From the sequence record PQ287320.1: DNA of 64,000 bases. One strand, 5' to 3'. This document shows, one piece after another, positions 8,474 to 17,581 of the stretch (positions are counted from its first letter, which is position 1; every line of letters begins with the position of its first letter). Both the position numbers and the translations under genes were made by a program. The notes under the pieces are model-generated. The model made no database searches. It was given only the letters and a program-made list of their open reading frames with translations, and had not been told where the DNA came from.

Positions 8474-9769
8474 TTAGGCGTTGAGGCTGAGCATGCGGTC
8501 CACGATGAAGGCGTGGTCCTCAAAGGTGTCGCTGGGATCGATCTCCGAGATCGGGTCCCAGTGGGCCGCCGCCGCGTCGTCCGAGCCCCGCAGACGCGGC
8601 AGGCCGTGACCCAGCGGCGGGTCGGGCAGGCGGAAGTGGTGCGCATGGCTGACGATGTGGGCGCGCCGCGAGCGGTGCGGATCGTCGAACACCTGAGGCG
8701 AGCCCACGAAGTGGCTCATCAGTTGGCGGATCGCCGCCATGACGAAGTCGGGCATCGCCGGCTCGACCGGCTTGGGCTCGGCGGCCTCCTCGCGCTTGCG
8801 GGCCAGTTTCCACTTCCAGGCTGACAGCGCCTTGACATAGGCCCGGCAGGCGGCGAGCCATGCGTCGAACGCCGGATAGTCCTCGGGCCGGATGAAGATC
8901 GCCGTCTCCTCGACGCCCTCGCGGGCGGCGGCGAACAGCAGGCTCTCGCCGGCGTTGAAGAAGCCGCCGGGGAGCGCCTTCATCCCGAAGCCCTCCAGGC
9001 CGCCGCGCTCGATGCGCACCACGTGCCCCGCGCACTCGATGACGGCGTCGACGGCGATGAACGGCCCCTCGCCCCAGGTCTCCCGATAGGCGGTCTCGGC
9101 CTTCTTCTGATTGAGGAGATAGGCGTATTCGGGCTTGTCCCGGAAGCGCTCCAGGAAGTCGATCGTGCTCGGATAGAGGAGATCGGTCCAGGCGTAACCG
9201 TTGTCGCTCCACGAGGTGTCGCGGAAGTTGACGTTGCCGGCGAAATAGGCCTTGCGCAGGGCGGTGGCGTTGACGCCGTTGTCCTCGACCGGGGTATAGG
9301 GCCATTGCGGGAACCACGTCAGGTACTCGCTGGTGGCGTCGCGGATGTTCCCGATCAGGGTGACGCGGGGACGCAGGACCTTGGTGGCGTTCTTGACGTG
9401 CTGCTGGACCTGGGCGATCCACTCGTTCTTCCCGAACGGGCCGGTGTCGTTGAGCGCGATCACGTGGGTCTGACGCATGTAGTCCAGGACCAGGGCGCCG
9501 TGGTCTTCCATGCGGCTCTCGACGGTCTCGGCTTCGCGGCCGGCGTGGGCCTCTTCCTGAGCCATGTCGCTGAGCGCGTTCAGGATCATCGCCTCACGTT
9601 CAGCGAACGTGAAGGGGTTGCGGGTGTCGCGGGCGAGGTTGGCCGAGCCGACGAACCACAGGACCGTGCGGGCTTTGCGGCGGGCGACCTGATAGAGCCG
9701 GGCGTGTCCGGGCTTGGTCAGCATCTGTCCGCGCGTGATCAGCACCGCAATGTCGAACTCGTAGTCCAC
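8474..9769 (-). CDS. nadM: bifunctional NMN adenylyltransferase / ADP-ribose pyrophosphatase (NadM-Nudix)
   Basis: VGSAN..RDTRNPFTFAEREAM, NAT.LR, Nudix box GGFFNAGESLLFAAAREGVEET, FDDPHRS, GSDDA, FEDH; GTG start with GGAGG. Confidence 0.9.
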   Translation of the reverse strand: MDYEFDIAVLITRGQMLTKPGHARLYQVARRKARTVLWFVGSANLARDTRNPFTFAEREAMILNALSDMAQEEAHAGREAETVESRMEDHGALVLDYMRQTHVIALNDTGPFGKNEWIAQVQQHVKNATKVLRPRVTLIGNIRDATSEYLTWFPQWPYTPVEDNGVNATALRKAYFAGNVNFRDTSWSDNGYAWTDLLYPSTIDFLERFRDKPEYAYLLNQKKAETAYRETWGEGPFIAVDAVIECAGHVVRIERGGLEGFGMKALPGGFFNAGESLLFAAAREGVEETAIFIRPEDYPAFDAWLAACRAYVKALSAWKWKLARKREEAAEPKPVEPAMPDFVMAAIRQLMSHFVGSPQVFDDPHRSRRAHIVSHAHHFRLPDPPLGHGLPRLRGSDDAAAAHWDPISEIDPSDTFEDHAFIVDRMLSLNA

Positions 9770-9771
9770 GC

Positions 9772-10215
9772 TCACCTCCTGAAGGCCGGCTTGATCCGCC
9801 GCACCGGCTGGTCCTCTTCCATCGAGCCGCCAGACCAAGACCAGCCGCGCTGGTGGTGCAGCATGCTGATACCATCCATGCGGATGTTGTATTCGCGCCG
9901 CCGCTCGTCCAGCGCGCCGCCGCGTTCGGCATGGCGCTCGATGAGGAGCATGTCGACGACGTCGCCGAACACCTCCCCCTTGAAAATCTTCCGCCGCGCC
10001 CAGGCGACGGCCGACCCCAGATGTTCGAAGGACTTGGTCCTCTCGGCCTTGGCGATCGAGCCCCCGTCATGGGCGCTGGCGTCGACCCAGGTCAGGGTGA
10101 TTTCCCGTCGCTTGGTCGTGACGGTCTTCCACTGAATCTGATCACGCGGCTTGCCGAGGTAGAACGGGTCCGCCTCGATGTCGATGATCATGTACGTCAG
10201 GGTGTTGTCCGTCAT
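9772..10215 (-). CDS. hypothetical protein
   Basis: ORF directly below a promoter (leaderless ATG at 10215). Confidence 0.7.
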   Translation of the reverse strand: MTDNTLTYMIIDIEADPFYLGKPRDQIQWKTVTTKRREITLTWVDASAHDGGSIAKAERTKSFEHLGSAVAWARRKIFKGEVFGDVVDMLLIERHAERGGALDERRREYNIRMDGISMLHHQRGWSWSGGSMEEDQPVRRIKPAFRR

Positions 10216-10254
10216 TGACGACATCTAGGGGCCTGCTTCCGGTTCTGTCAACAC
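10216..10254 (-). promoter_or_regulatory. promoter, probably leaderless
   Basis: GTG-TTGACA-N18-TAGATG-N6-ATG. Confidence 0.7.
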
Positions 10255-10255
10255 A

Positions 10256-10729
10256 TTAACGCAGGAGCTTGAGGTCTGGCGCGTGGGCCTTGAACGCCGC
10301 CTCGGTGATCGGCCCGACCCCGACGAAGGTGATCGTCGGCTCGGCGAAAACCGTGCGGCCGGAGTCGAGGACCAGGGTGGCCCCGACGAACGGCTGGAAG
10401 CGTTCGTAGAGCGCGGTAAGCTCTGCGTTGGTCCCCACGTGCAGGGCGATCTTCGCCGCCGACTGCGAGTAGCGGTACTGCCGCGCGGGCTTGGGGAAAC
10501 GCTCCATGGCGTCCCACCACGCATGGAGGTAGGCGTGTCCGGCCTGGGCCGCCAGCTTGCCGATGTTGAGGCTCTTGTCCTCCGGCTTGCGGCTCCGCTT
10601 GGCCACGGTCATGGCGTCGAGCGCTTCCTGGCTCACGATGGCGTAGAGGCGCAGTTCAGCCTTGGGTTTGCCGGCGAGCACCGCCAGGAACTTGTCCCAG
10701 GCTTCGAGCCAGTCGTTGAAGAGCTTCAT
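10256..10729 (-). CDS. peptidyl-tRNA hydrolase, PTH2 family
   Basis: GKLAAQAGHA, KIAL, DSGRT, T.VGVGP motifs. Confidence 0.85.
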   Translation of the reverse strand: MKLFNDWLEAWDKFLAVLAGKPKAELRLYAIVSQEALDAMTVAKRSRKPEDKSLNIGKLAAQAGHAYLHAWWDAMERFPKPARQYRYSQSAAKIALHVGTNAELTALYERFQPFVGATLVLDSGRTVFAEPTITFVGVGPITEAAFKAHAPDLKLLR

Positions 10730-11198
10730 GCAAAACGGCTTTCGAAGTGGGCCTCGATCGCGATCGCCGCGTCGAAGGCGATGTCGACGATGTCCTCGCT
10801 GATCACGTGATCAAAGGACCGCCGGGGTTGGGGTTGTAGGTCCGGACAGGGTCCAAGCTGAAGTCGGTCAACAGCCGGCGGCTGTTGGCTCCGATGTCCT
10901 TCAGCTTCAGGACGAGATCGTCGAACAGCCGCAGGGCCGTCGCGTCAGGACCGAAGGGACCCTGACGCTGGTGCAGGCGCTTCTTGGCGTCGCTCACCCG
11001 TTCCCAGGAGGCGATCTTCAGATAACCCGCCAGATCGCTGGCCTGCTCGACCAGAACCACGAACCGCAAGAGCTTGCGGAGCCTCACCTGGACGACGTCC
11101 GAGACCGCGTCGGGCGGCGGGTCCTGGACCGCAGCCGCCTCGTGCGAGATCAGACGTCGCGCCTCGGAGAGGATGTCGTGGATCGACGGCGCGGCCAT
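10726..11198 (-). CDS. hypothetical protein (apparent deletion at 10824-10827)
   Basis: restoring one C extends the ORF to an ATGA overlap with PTH2. Confidence 0.6.
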
Positions 11199-11629
11199 CA
11201 GCCCTCGGTCGCGTCAGCGGCCGGCGGGGCGTCGGTGGTCTTGGCCTTGCCCTTGGCGCCCGAGGACGGCGCAGCCTGCGGCTCGTCCGCCACCGGTTCG
11301 GCGGCCGGAGCCGGAGCGGCCACGTCCACCGCCTCGGCGGGCGCGTCGACCGGCTTATAGTCGGCCTCGAACTGGGCCGGCTTGAGGATGGCGATGTCGT
11401 AGGCGTCCTCGGCGCGCGGGATGCGGACGATGTAGTCGTCCTGCCCGGCCGAGACGATCTGGCCATTGATCGGGACCAGGAGCTTGCCGACCGGGTCCTT
11501 GCCGACGTGCATGGTCCCCATGGCGGTGTAGCCGGAGTGCTTGGTCAGCCAGTCGGGCAGGTCTTCCAGGCGCTGGAAGGTGTACTGGACGGCGTCCACC
11601 GTCAGCGGCAGTCGGGTGTACTGGGTCAT
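11198..11629 (-). CDS. hypothetical protein with Ala/Pro/Glu-rich tail
   Basis: 143-aa ORF, coupled overlaps. Confidence 0.7.
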   Translation of the reverse strand: MTQYTRLPLTVDAVQYTFQRLEDLPDWLTKHSGYTAMGTMHVGKDPVGKLLVPINGQIVSAGQDDYIVRIPRAEDAYDIAILKPAQFEADYKPVDAPAEAVDVAAPAPAAEPVADEPQAAPSSGAKGKAKTTDAPPAADATEG

Positions 11630-12228
11630 GCGGGCTCCTGCTGGAGGTTAGCCGGCGCCGGGATGGCGTCGGAAAGGGCGTTTTCGACCGAGGCCAAACG
11701 CACGACGACCTCGTGGGCGTCGAACTCGCGCTCGCTGAGCGCGGCGGCCAGGGCGTTGATCCGCAGCCACGTCGGGTCGTTGTTCGGGATGAGGTTGAGG
11801 TTGCTCAGGTGGAGCAAGGTCGTGCCGTGCGCGTCGACAAAGCCGGAAAGCTCGTTCAGCATCCGGTCCGTCAGGGGTTGCTCGGACAGCATCTTGATCG
11901 CGCTGCCCGACGGAGCCAGGAGGAGGCGCATCCAGTCGCCGTTCGGGTCCTCGCCGCGTTGCAGGTCCGGATGCTGGAGGGTGCGGTCCCAGACCAGCGC
12001 ATGGGCCTTGGTCGCCAGGGAGCGCCGGCGGTTCTCGCGGGCCTTCAGGTCCTCGCCGTCCCGCAGGGAGGTAATGAACGTCCAGACCAAGGCGGCCGGG
12101 AAGACCGCCACCACGAAGAAGCCGACCCGGTCGGTCCAGACCGCGTGCGCGCTGAACAGGTTCATCCCGGTCCCGATCAGGATCATCGGAAAGATGAACG
12201 CCCCGTGGCGCTGGATGTAGCGGATCAT
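11626..12228 (-). CDS. putative membrane protein
   Basis: two N-terminal hydrophobic segments; first gene after a promoter. Confidence 0.7.
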   Translation of the reverse strand: MIRYIQRHGAFIFPMILIGTGMNLFSAHAVWTDRVGFFVVAVFPAALVWTFITSLRDGEDLKARENRRRSLATKAHALVWDRTLQHPDLQRGEDPNGDWMRLLLAPSGSAIKMLSEQPLTDRMLNELSGFVDAHGTTLLHLSNLNLIPNNDPTWLRINALAAALSEREFDAHEVVVRLASVENALSDAIPAPANLQQEPA

Positions 12229-12234
12229 GGAAAA

Positions 12235-12293
12235 GGGCCTCCGGCGTTTTCGTCGGAGGCCCTTCTAGCGAGTCGGTGTCAGGCTGTCAACAC
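12235..12293 (-). promoter_or_regulatory. promoter-leader cassette
   Basis: GTGTTGACA-N17-TAGAAG; GGGCCTCCG/CGGAGGCCC stem around GACGAAAAC; CGAGTCG in spacer. Confidence 0.8.
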
Positions 12294-12310
12294 ATGTCAG
12301 CCAGGAAGCG

Positions 12311-12496
12311 CTACTTCTGCGCCGCGCTTCGCCGCAGATGCGGATCGGAAATCGCGGCCAGATTTCGCGAGCGCTCGATGCCTGACGCCTTGGCCTTCTC
12401 AAGAGCACGATCTAGTTGGGGCTGCGCGCGGGCCTGGGCCTGACGCATGGCTTCCCCGATCGCCTCGGACGCCTCAGATGTCTCGGGCGCTTTCAT
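12311..12496 (-). CDS. hypothetical protein
   Basis: MKAPETSEA, TGATG coupling. Confidence 0.6.
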   Translation of the reverse strand: MKAPETSEASEAIGEAMRQAQARAQPQLDRALEKAKASGIERSRNLAAISDPHLRRSAAQK

Positions 12497-13107
12497 CAGG
12501 CGGCGTTCGTCACCAGGGTTTCCAGGCGCTCGAAGCCCAGGTCCAGCCGGCCCCACATCGACGAGGGGGTATGAGGCTTGACGACCTCGGTGAAGCGATG
12601 GCGCTCCTTCAGGTACATCCGCGCCATCGGGATGTTCGGGGCGTTGGTCGCCGGGTCCTTGATCGAGGCCTCGACATTGGCGATCCGGTCGGCGAGCTTG
12701 AGGATGCAGGCCTTGGGGTATTCGCCCAGCTTGCGGTAGATGTCCTCGTTGCGGGCCTTGCGGTTGGGACCGATGCCCGACACCGCCCAGACCAGGGCCG
12801 CGACATCCTCGCCGAACTTCTCCTTGATCATCTCCAGCCGCTGCTCGGGCGTCAGATGGAGGTGGGTGTCCTCGATCACGTCGTGGAGCTTGGCGGCGGC
12901 CGTCCAGGTGAAGCCGATGAAGCCGTGGTCGTCCAGGATGCGCTCGACCTTCTGGAGGTGGTAGAGGTAGGGCTGGCCGGCGTACTTCTGGTCCCCGTGG
13001 GCCTCGACCGCGAAGGCCGTCGGGTCGGTCTGGTGGACCGCCCCGCCCGGCGCGATGCCGATGCCGGTCAGCAAGGTGGCGATGTTGTCCAGGGCGTTGT
13101 CGCTCAT
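12496..13107 (-). CDS. stand-alone HD-domain hydrolase (RelA/SpoT HD, MESH1-like)
   Basis: AH.DQKYAGQPYLYH, LHDVIEDT, KLADRIANV. Confidence 0.85.
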   Translation of the reverse strand: MSDNALDNIATLLTGIGIAPGGAVHQTDPTAFAVEAHGDQKYAGQPYLYHLQKVERILDDHGFIGFTWTAAAKLHDVIEDTHLHLTPEQRLEMIKEKFGEDVAALVWAVSGIGPNRKARNEDIYRKLGEYPKACILKLADRIANVEASIKDPATNAPNIPMARMYLKERHRFTEVVKPHTPSSMWGRLDLGFERLETLVTNAA

Positions 13108-13514
13108 GAGGCGTCTCGGGGGATGGGGGTGAAGACTTCTATCCCGTCGACGATCCGCATGTGATGCGTCGGCGGGTGGGCGGGGTTGTAGCGGATGTAG
13201 CCGGCGAGGCCGCCGTCGATCATCGCGCCGCCGCGCTCCTGGTAGTCGTGGCGGAACCGCGAGACCAGGAACGCGCCGTCGGACGTCTCGATCGCCGAGA
13301 ACCGAGCGTCCCGGATCGTGGCCGCCGAGGTGATGTAAAGCTGGTCTTCGAGCGGATGGAAAAAGAGCCCGAAGTAGTTGTCGTGCCCTTTCGAGCGGTC
13401 GGGCGCCTCGGTGTAGAAGACATAGAATGGCCCCTCTCGGTCGGGCAGATCATAGAGCCCGACGTACTTGGCGTTGTAGCGCTCTTCGGCGCGGGCGATG
13501 TTGGCGCGGTTCAT
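13104..13514 (-). CDS. hypothetical protein
   Basis: 136-aa ORF; SRFRHDY..IDGG..YIR. Confidence 0.7.
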   Translation of the reverse strand: MNRANIARAEERYNAKYVGLYDLPDREGPFYVFYTEAPDRSKGHDNYFGLFFHPLEDQLYITSAATIRDARFSAIETSDGAFLVSRFRHDYQERGGAMIDGGLAGYIRYNPAHPPTHHMRIVDGIEVFTPIPRDAS

Positions 13515-14013
13515 GCGACCCTCAGGAATTCGCCCCAGGCGGGGCGGCGTGCTTCAGATAGGCGGCGTGCGCCTCCTCCGCCGTCGTGTAGCACCCGAGG
13601 TAGGTGTAGACCCCGTTGATCGTGACCTGGGCCTGGAACGGTTTCTTCTTGCTCCGGCTCTTGGTCACGCCCTTGGGGTAGGCCCCGACGTTCGGGCGGT
13701 TCACGAGGTTCTGAGACCGCGTCGCCTTGCGGAGATTCTTGATCCGATTATTGCGACGGTTCAAGTCCTTGTGGTCGACGTCGTGATCGGGCATCACCCC
13801 GTGGTGGATCGCCCAGGCCACCTTGTGGGCGGCGATCTGGACCCGCCGGCCGCCGTAGGAGACCTTCATCACCCTGTAGCCGGCCTTGCTCACCGAGCCG
13901 CAGCGCTTGCGGGACTTGGAGCCCCGCAGCGTGATGGCGCCGGTCGAGGGGTCGTACTTGTAGCGCTCCCGGAGGAAGTCCACCGGGATCGAGAACTCTG
14001 CATCCCCCGACAT
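13511..14013 (-). CDS. HNH homing endonuclease with AP2 domain
   Basis: AHKVAW, DVDHKDLNRRNNRIKNLR, FQAQVTING..YLGCYTTAEEAHAAY; restoring one C at 13541-13544 gives a WGEF terminus and ATGA overlap. Confidence 0.85.
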
Positions 14014-14017
14014 GGGT

Positions 14018-14257
14018 TCAGTCCTTGTTGGCGTACCGCTTGAAGAGGAGGTAGAACCCGTAGGCGACGAGCACCGGAATCCAGAGCAGGATCAGGAGCA
14101 CGGTCTGGCCCAGGGTCCAGAAGAAGAACCCGAACTGCCAGTCGTTATCGATCTTGTTGTAGCGCTGGGCGTGAATCTTGGGATAATCGACCGCATAGCG
14201 ATAGCCCATCCGCGCGAGGCCCAGGAACATCCCGACGATGAAGTAGAGGTCAGTCAT
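14018..14257 (-). CDS. small membrane protein
   Basis: two hydrophobic segments. Confidence 0.65.
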   Translation of the reverse strand: MTDLYFIVGMFLGLARMGYRYAVDYPKIHAQRYNKIDNDWQFGFFFWTLGQTVLLILLWIPVLVAYGFYLLFKRYANKD

Positions 14258-14260
14258 GGC

Positions 14261-14529
14261 CTACTTCCCTTCTGCCGCGTCAAGGACCTTTACGAAGCCG
14301 GCGTTCAGCTTCTTGCGGAAGAACCAGAACACCGGAATCCAGAAGATGGCGAACAGGCCGGCGGGCCAGATGGCGCCGAAGATGAGGCCGCTGATGAAGA
14401 CGAACCAGCCGTAGATGCCGAATTCGTCGAGGGTCTTGACCCCGCCTCGCGAACGAAGCTCGGGACGATGGTCGCGCCGGCGACCCACCATCCCACGGCC
14501 AGGAAGAGGCCGACAGTCCAGTAGAACAT
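14261..14529 (-). CDS. small membrane protein (apparent deletion at 14440-14443)
   Basis: two overlapping hydrophobic frames join on restoring one G. Confidence 0.6.
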
Positions 14530-14831
14530 CAGGGTTGTTCCTTCTCCAGACCCAAGTCAGGGTCGTATTTCATCAGGATGCCGTCTTCGGTCCGGTGCTC
14601 CATCAGGGGCAGGCCCGAGACGTACTGAGGCACGAAGAGGTCGCGGCGCGGCTGCTGGAGCCAGATCAGGCCGGTCTCGGCGACCACCGCCCGCTCGGCC
14701 GGCGTAAGCTCCCAGCAGGAGATCACGCCCTCGGGGCCGGTGTAGGTGTGGAGCGGGGCGACGGTGTCCTCGTTGCCCGGCGCGGGGTTCCAGGTCTTGT
14801 TGGCTCCAGCGAAGTTACGCGGCGTGGCCAT
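14529..14831 (-). CDS. hypothetical protein
   Basis: 100-aa ORF; ISCWELTPAERA. Confidence 0.7.
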   Translation of the reverse strand: MATPRNFAGANKTWNPAPGNEDTVAPLHTYTGPEGVISCWELTPAERAVVAETGLIWLQQPRRDLFVPQYVSGLPLMEHRTEDGILMKYDPDLGLEKEQP

Positions 14832-15063
14832 GCTTGGACCCCCTGTTGACGAAGTACCAGATCGCCAGCCCGAGCAGGAAGCCGGGCACGACGAGCGGCC
14901 ACGCGAAGCTGACGCCGAAGAAGACGAAGACGCCGAGCGTGACCGCGCCGATCGCGTCGGAGAACTTGAGCTTGCCGTCCTTGGTCTCGTGCTTGACCGC
15001 GAAGGTGATGGCGACCAGGGCGGCGACTGCGCCGACCACGATGGAGAAGATGATGTAACTCAA
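14815..15063 (-). CDS. small membrane protein
   Basis: three hydrophobic segments. Confidence 0.65.
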   Translation of the reverse strand: MSYIIFSIVVGAVAALVAITFAVKHETKDGKLKFSDAIGAVTLGVFVFFGVSFAWPLVVPGFLLGLAIWYFVNRGSKHGHAA

Positions 15064-15443
15064 AGCAGTCCCGCCGCCTGCTTGGCGGCCTCCTTGGCGC
15101 GGACCTTGTCATGCGACAGGGTCTTGACGCGGTTGATCTCGTCGGCTTCGCAGCCGTCGGCGCTGATCCCCAGGTTCTCGCAGAGGGTGTAGAGCGACAG
15201 CAGCAGTCCGCCCACCTCCTCCTTGACCTCGCCGACCGGGCGGCTGTAGGTCCACTGGGCCTGCCGGATCACGTCCTCCAGGGTCAGGCCCTGGGTCTGG
15301 ACGAGTTCCATGCACTCTTCCAGGGTCCGGAAGGCCTGGATGCGCCGGTTGAAGACGCGGCCCGTCAGGACCTCCTCGACCCACTTCCAACACCACGTCT
15401 GGCGCTTGGCCCGGTGCTCGTGGCAGGCATCGACCTCGGTCAC
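15060..15443 (-). CDS. MazG-like NTP pyrophosphohydrolase
   Basis: all-alpha pattern with LEECMEL and EEVGG acidic motifs. Confidence 0.5.
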   Translation of the reverse strand: MTEVDACHEHRAKRQTWCWKWVEEVLTGRVFNRRIQAFRTLEECMELVQTQGLTLEDVIRQAQWTYSRPVGEVKEEVGGLLLSLYTLCENLGISADGCEADEINRVKTLSHDKVRAKEAAKQAAGLL

Positions 15444-15586
15444 GACTTCCTCCAGTCGAACAGCGCCCAGAAGGCTTGGCGGGTGTCCCTGGTCCAGGAC
15501 CAGGGACGGATCGCCAGGGTGGAGACCGCGAGGGCGAGGATCATGTAGATCGCCGCCGCCCGCGCCAGAACGTCCAGGAGGGCCAT
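15440..15586 (-). CDS. small membrane protein (48 aa, not in ORF track)
   Basis: MALLDVLARAAAIYMILALAVSTLAIRPW; GTGA overlap. Confidence 0.55.
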   Translation of the reverse strand: MALLDVLARAAAIYMILALAVSTLAIRPWSWTRDTRQAFWALFDWRKS

Positions 15587-15590
15587 CGAC

Positions 15591-16827
15591 CTAGCCTTTC
15601 ACGCAGAGGACCTGCTTGAGGGTGTGGACCGGCTCGACGAGGTCCTTCTGGGCCTCCATGACCGCGTCGATGTCCTTGTAGGCCATCGGGATTTCGTCGA
15701 TCACGCCGGCGTCCTTGCGGCACTCCACGCCCTCGGTGGCCTTGATCTGATCCTCCAGGGTGAAGGTCGCCTTGGCCTCGGTCCGCGACATGGTCCGCCC
15801 GCGCCGTGCGAGCACGAGCAGAACGAATCCGGGTTGCCCTTGCCGCGCACGATGTAGGACTTGGCCCCATCGAGCCGGGGATGATCCCAAGCTGGTCCTT
15901 CTGCGCCGACACCGCGCCCTTGCGAGTCACGAAGACCCACTCGTCGAAGTGGAACTCCTTCTGGACGTAGTTGTGGTGGCAGTTCACCGCCTCCTTGTCC
16001 GTCTTGAACGGCGGCAGGCCGGAGGCCCGCATGGCTTCCAGGACCCGGACCATCATCATCTCGCGGTTGATCCGCGCGAAGTCCTGGCCCCAGGCGACGG
16101 CTTCCACGTAGTCGTAAAACTCCGGCTCGCCCTCCGAGAGCCAAGCAAGGTCCTTGTCGAGCGGCTTGCGGCCGTCCCGACGGAGCATCATCTCCTTGGC
16201 CTTGTCGATGAAGATGCGGCCGATCATGTTCCCGACGCCGCGCGAGCCCGAGTGGAGCATCACCCAGACGCGTTGCTCCTCATCGAGGCAGACCTCGATG
16301 AAGTGGTTGCCGCCGCCCAGCGTCCCCAGTTGGGTGATGCTGTTGGCGTTCTTCAGCGCCGGATACTTGTCGCAGAGCGTCTTGAAGCGCGCTTCCAGGC
16401 CCGAGTCGATCCACTTGCGCAGGATCGAGGTCGGGATGCCGCTGCGGCCGTTCCAGCTTCCGACGGTGTTCCCCTTGGCGCCGCCGTGCGGGACGGCGTG
16501 CTCGATCAGGGTCCGGAGCTTGGACAGGTTGTCCGGCAGGTCCGAGGCGGTCAGGCTGGTGCGGACCGCCATCATGCCGCAGCCGATGTCGACGCCGACG
16601 GCGGCCGGGATGATCGCGCCCTTCGTCGGAACGACCGAGCCCACGGTCGCGCCGATACCAGCGTGAACATCCGGCATGATAGCGATGTGCGAGTGGATGA
16701 AGGGCAGGGCCGCCATGTTGTGGACCTGCTGCTGAGCCGACCGCTCGAACTGGACACCCTGGGTCCAGGCCCGGACGAGACCGCCGTTCCAGCCGTTGAT
16801 TTCTTCGTATTGGGCCTCGGCAGTCAC
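15591..16827 (-). CDS. rtcB: RtcB RNA ligase (two apparent deletions at ~15799 and ~15866)
   Basis: MPDVHAG, VGVDIGCG, LGTLGGGNHFIE, HSGSRG, CHHNY, RKGA, IPGSMG, SCSHGAGR, DEIPMAYK, VLCVKG across three frames. Confidence 0.93.
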
Positions 16828-17281
16828 TCTCGTCTCCTTCTCTTTCCGCTACGGATGCGGCTGACTTGACTTTGATGGATCGAGAACCTTTCCGCGATCT
16901 CACGCTGGGTCCCGATGGCGTCCCGAACTTCCTGCACCTGAACGGTGCTCAGCTTGGCGTGGCTATGAGCTTCGCCGTATTGGAAACCCTGTCGACCTCT
17001 GACCACCATGTCGCCTGAGTTGTCCTTCGAGGTCCCTTGGATCATGTGATCCAGGTTGATGCACATCCGGTTATCGCAGCGATGGCGGACTAGGACGCCG
17101 GGAGGCAGATCACCAAACGCCTCTTGGTAGAGGACGTTGTGCATGTTGTGATTCCCTCCGTCTTTCCATAACTGGGGATAACCCAGGTGTTCGGACGGTG
17201 CGAGGTGCAGACGTGACATCCGCGTTCATTGACCTCGTAGGTGATCGGCTTACGTCGGCTCTCTTTCCTCTTCAGTGTCAT
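16824..17281 (-). CDS. HNH endonuclease with C-terminal HTH (apparent deletion at ~17183)
   Basis: CHVCT, GYPQL, VRHRCDNRMCINLDH..GT.KDN, AKL..REIAERFSIHQSQVSRIR. Confidence 0.8.
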
Positions 17282-17323
17282 CGTTCACGACTTTTGACCA
17301 TGCTCCTCCGACGGTGTCAACAC
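17282..17323 (-). promoter_or_regulatory. promoter, near-leaderless
   Basis: GTGTTGACA-N18-CAAAAG-N9-ATG. Confidence 0.55.
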
Positions 17324-17485
17324 TTCATCGACGGCCGTGATCTGAATTTGCAGGATGCGGGCCGCCGCGCTGTCGGGCGGAAGCAGCGCCTCGGCCTTGA
17401 TCATGGCGTCGCGCGTGTCGTCGAGGGCCGCGCGGTAGGTGTTGCGCTGCTTGGCGATGGCGCCGGAGGGGAACTGGTGGAGCAT
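17285..17485 (-). CDS. hypothetical protein
   Basis: 66-aa ORF. Confidence 0.6.
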   Translation of the reverse strand: MLHQFPSGAIAKQRNTYRAALDDTRDAMIKAEALLPPDSAAARILQIQITAVDEVLTPSEEHGQKS

Positions 17486-17511
17486 GGATCACCTTCAGGA
17501 GGGGTACGCTG

Positions 17512-17547
17512 AAACGAAAAACGCCGGCGAGGATGTCTCGCCGGCGT
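17512..17547 (-). terminator. intrinsic terminator
   Basis: ACGCCGGCGAG/CTCGCCGGCGT 11-bp stem + TTTTTCGTTT. Confidence 0.8.
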
Positions 17548-17581
17548 CTCCTAGTCCAGGTCGGGGCGCGAGGCCGCCGAC

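Noticed and set aside
15591-16827. rtcB (and the PPP phosphatase at 59035-59730) as pseudogenes or programmed frameshifts
   Set aside because: All catalytic motifs are intact, and every shift is a 1-nt loss in a G/C run, like ~24 others in the window; a sequencing artefact is more parsimonious
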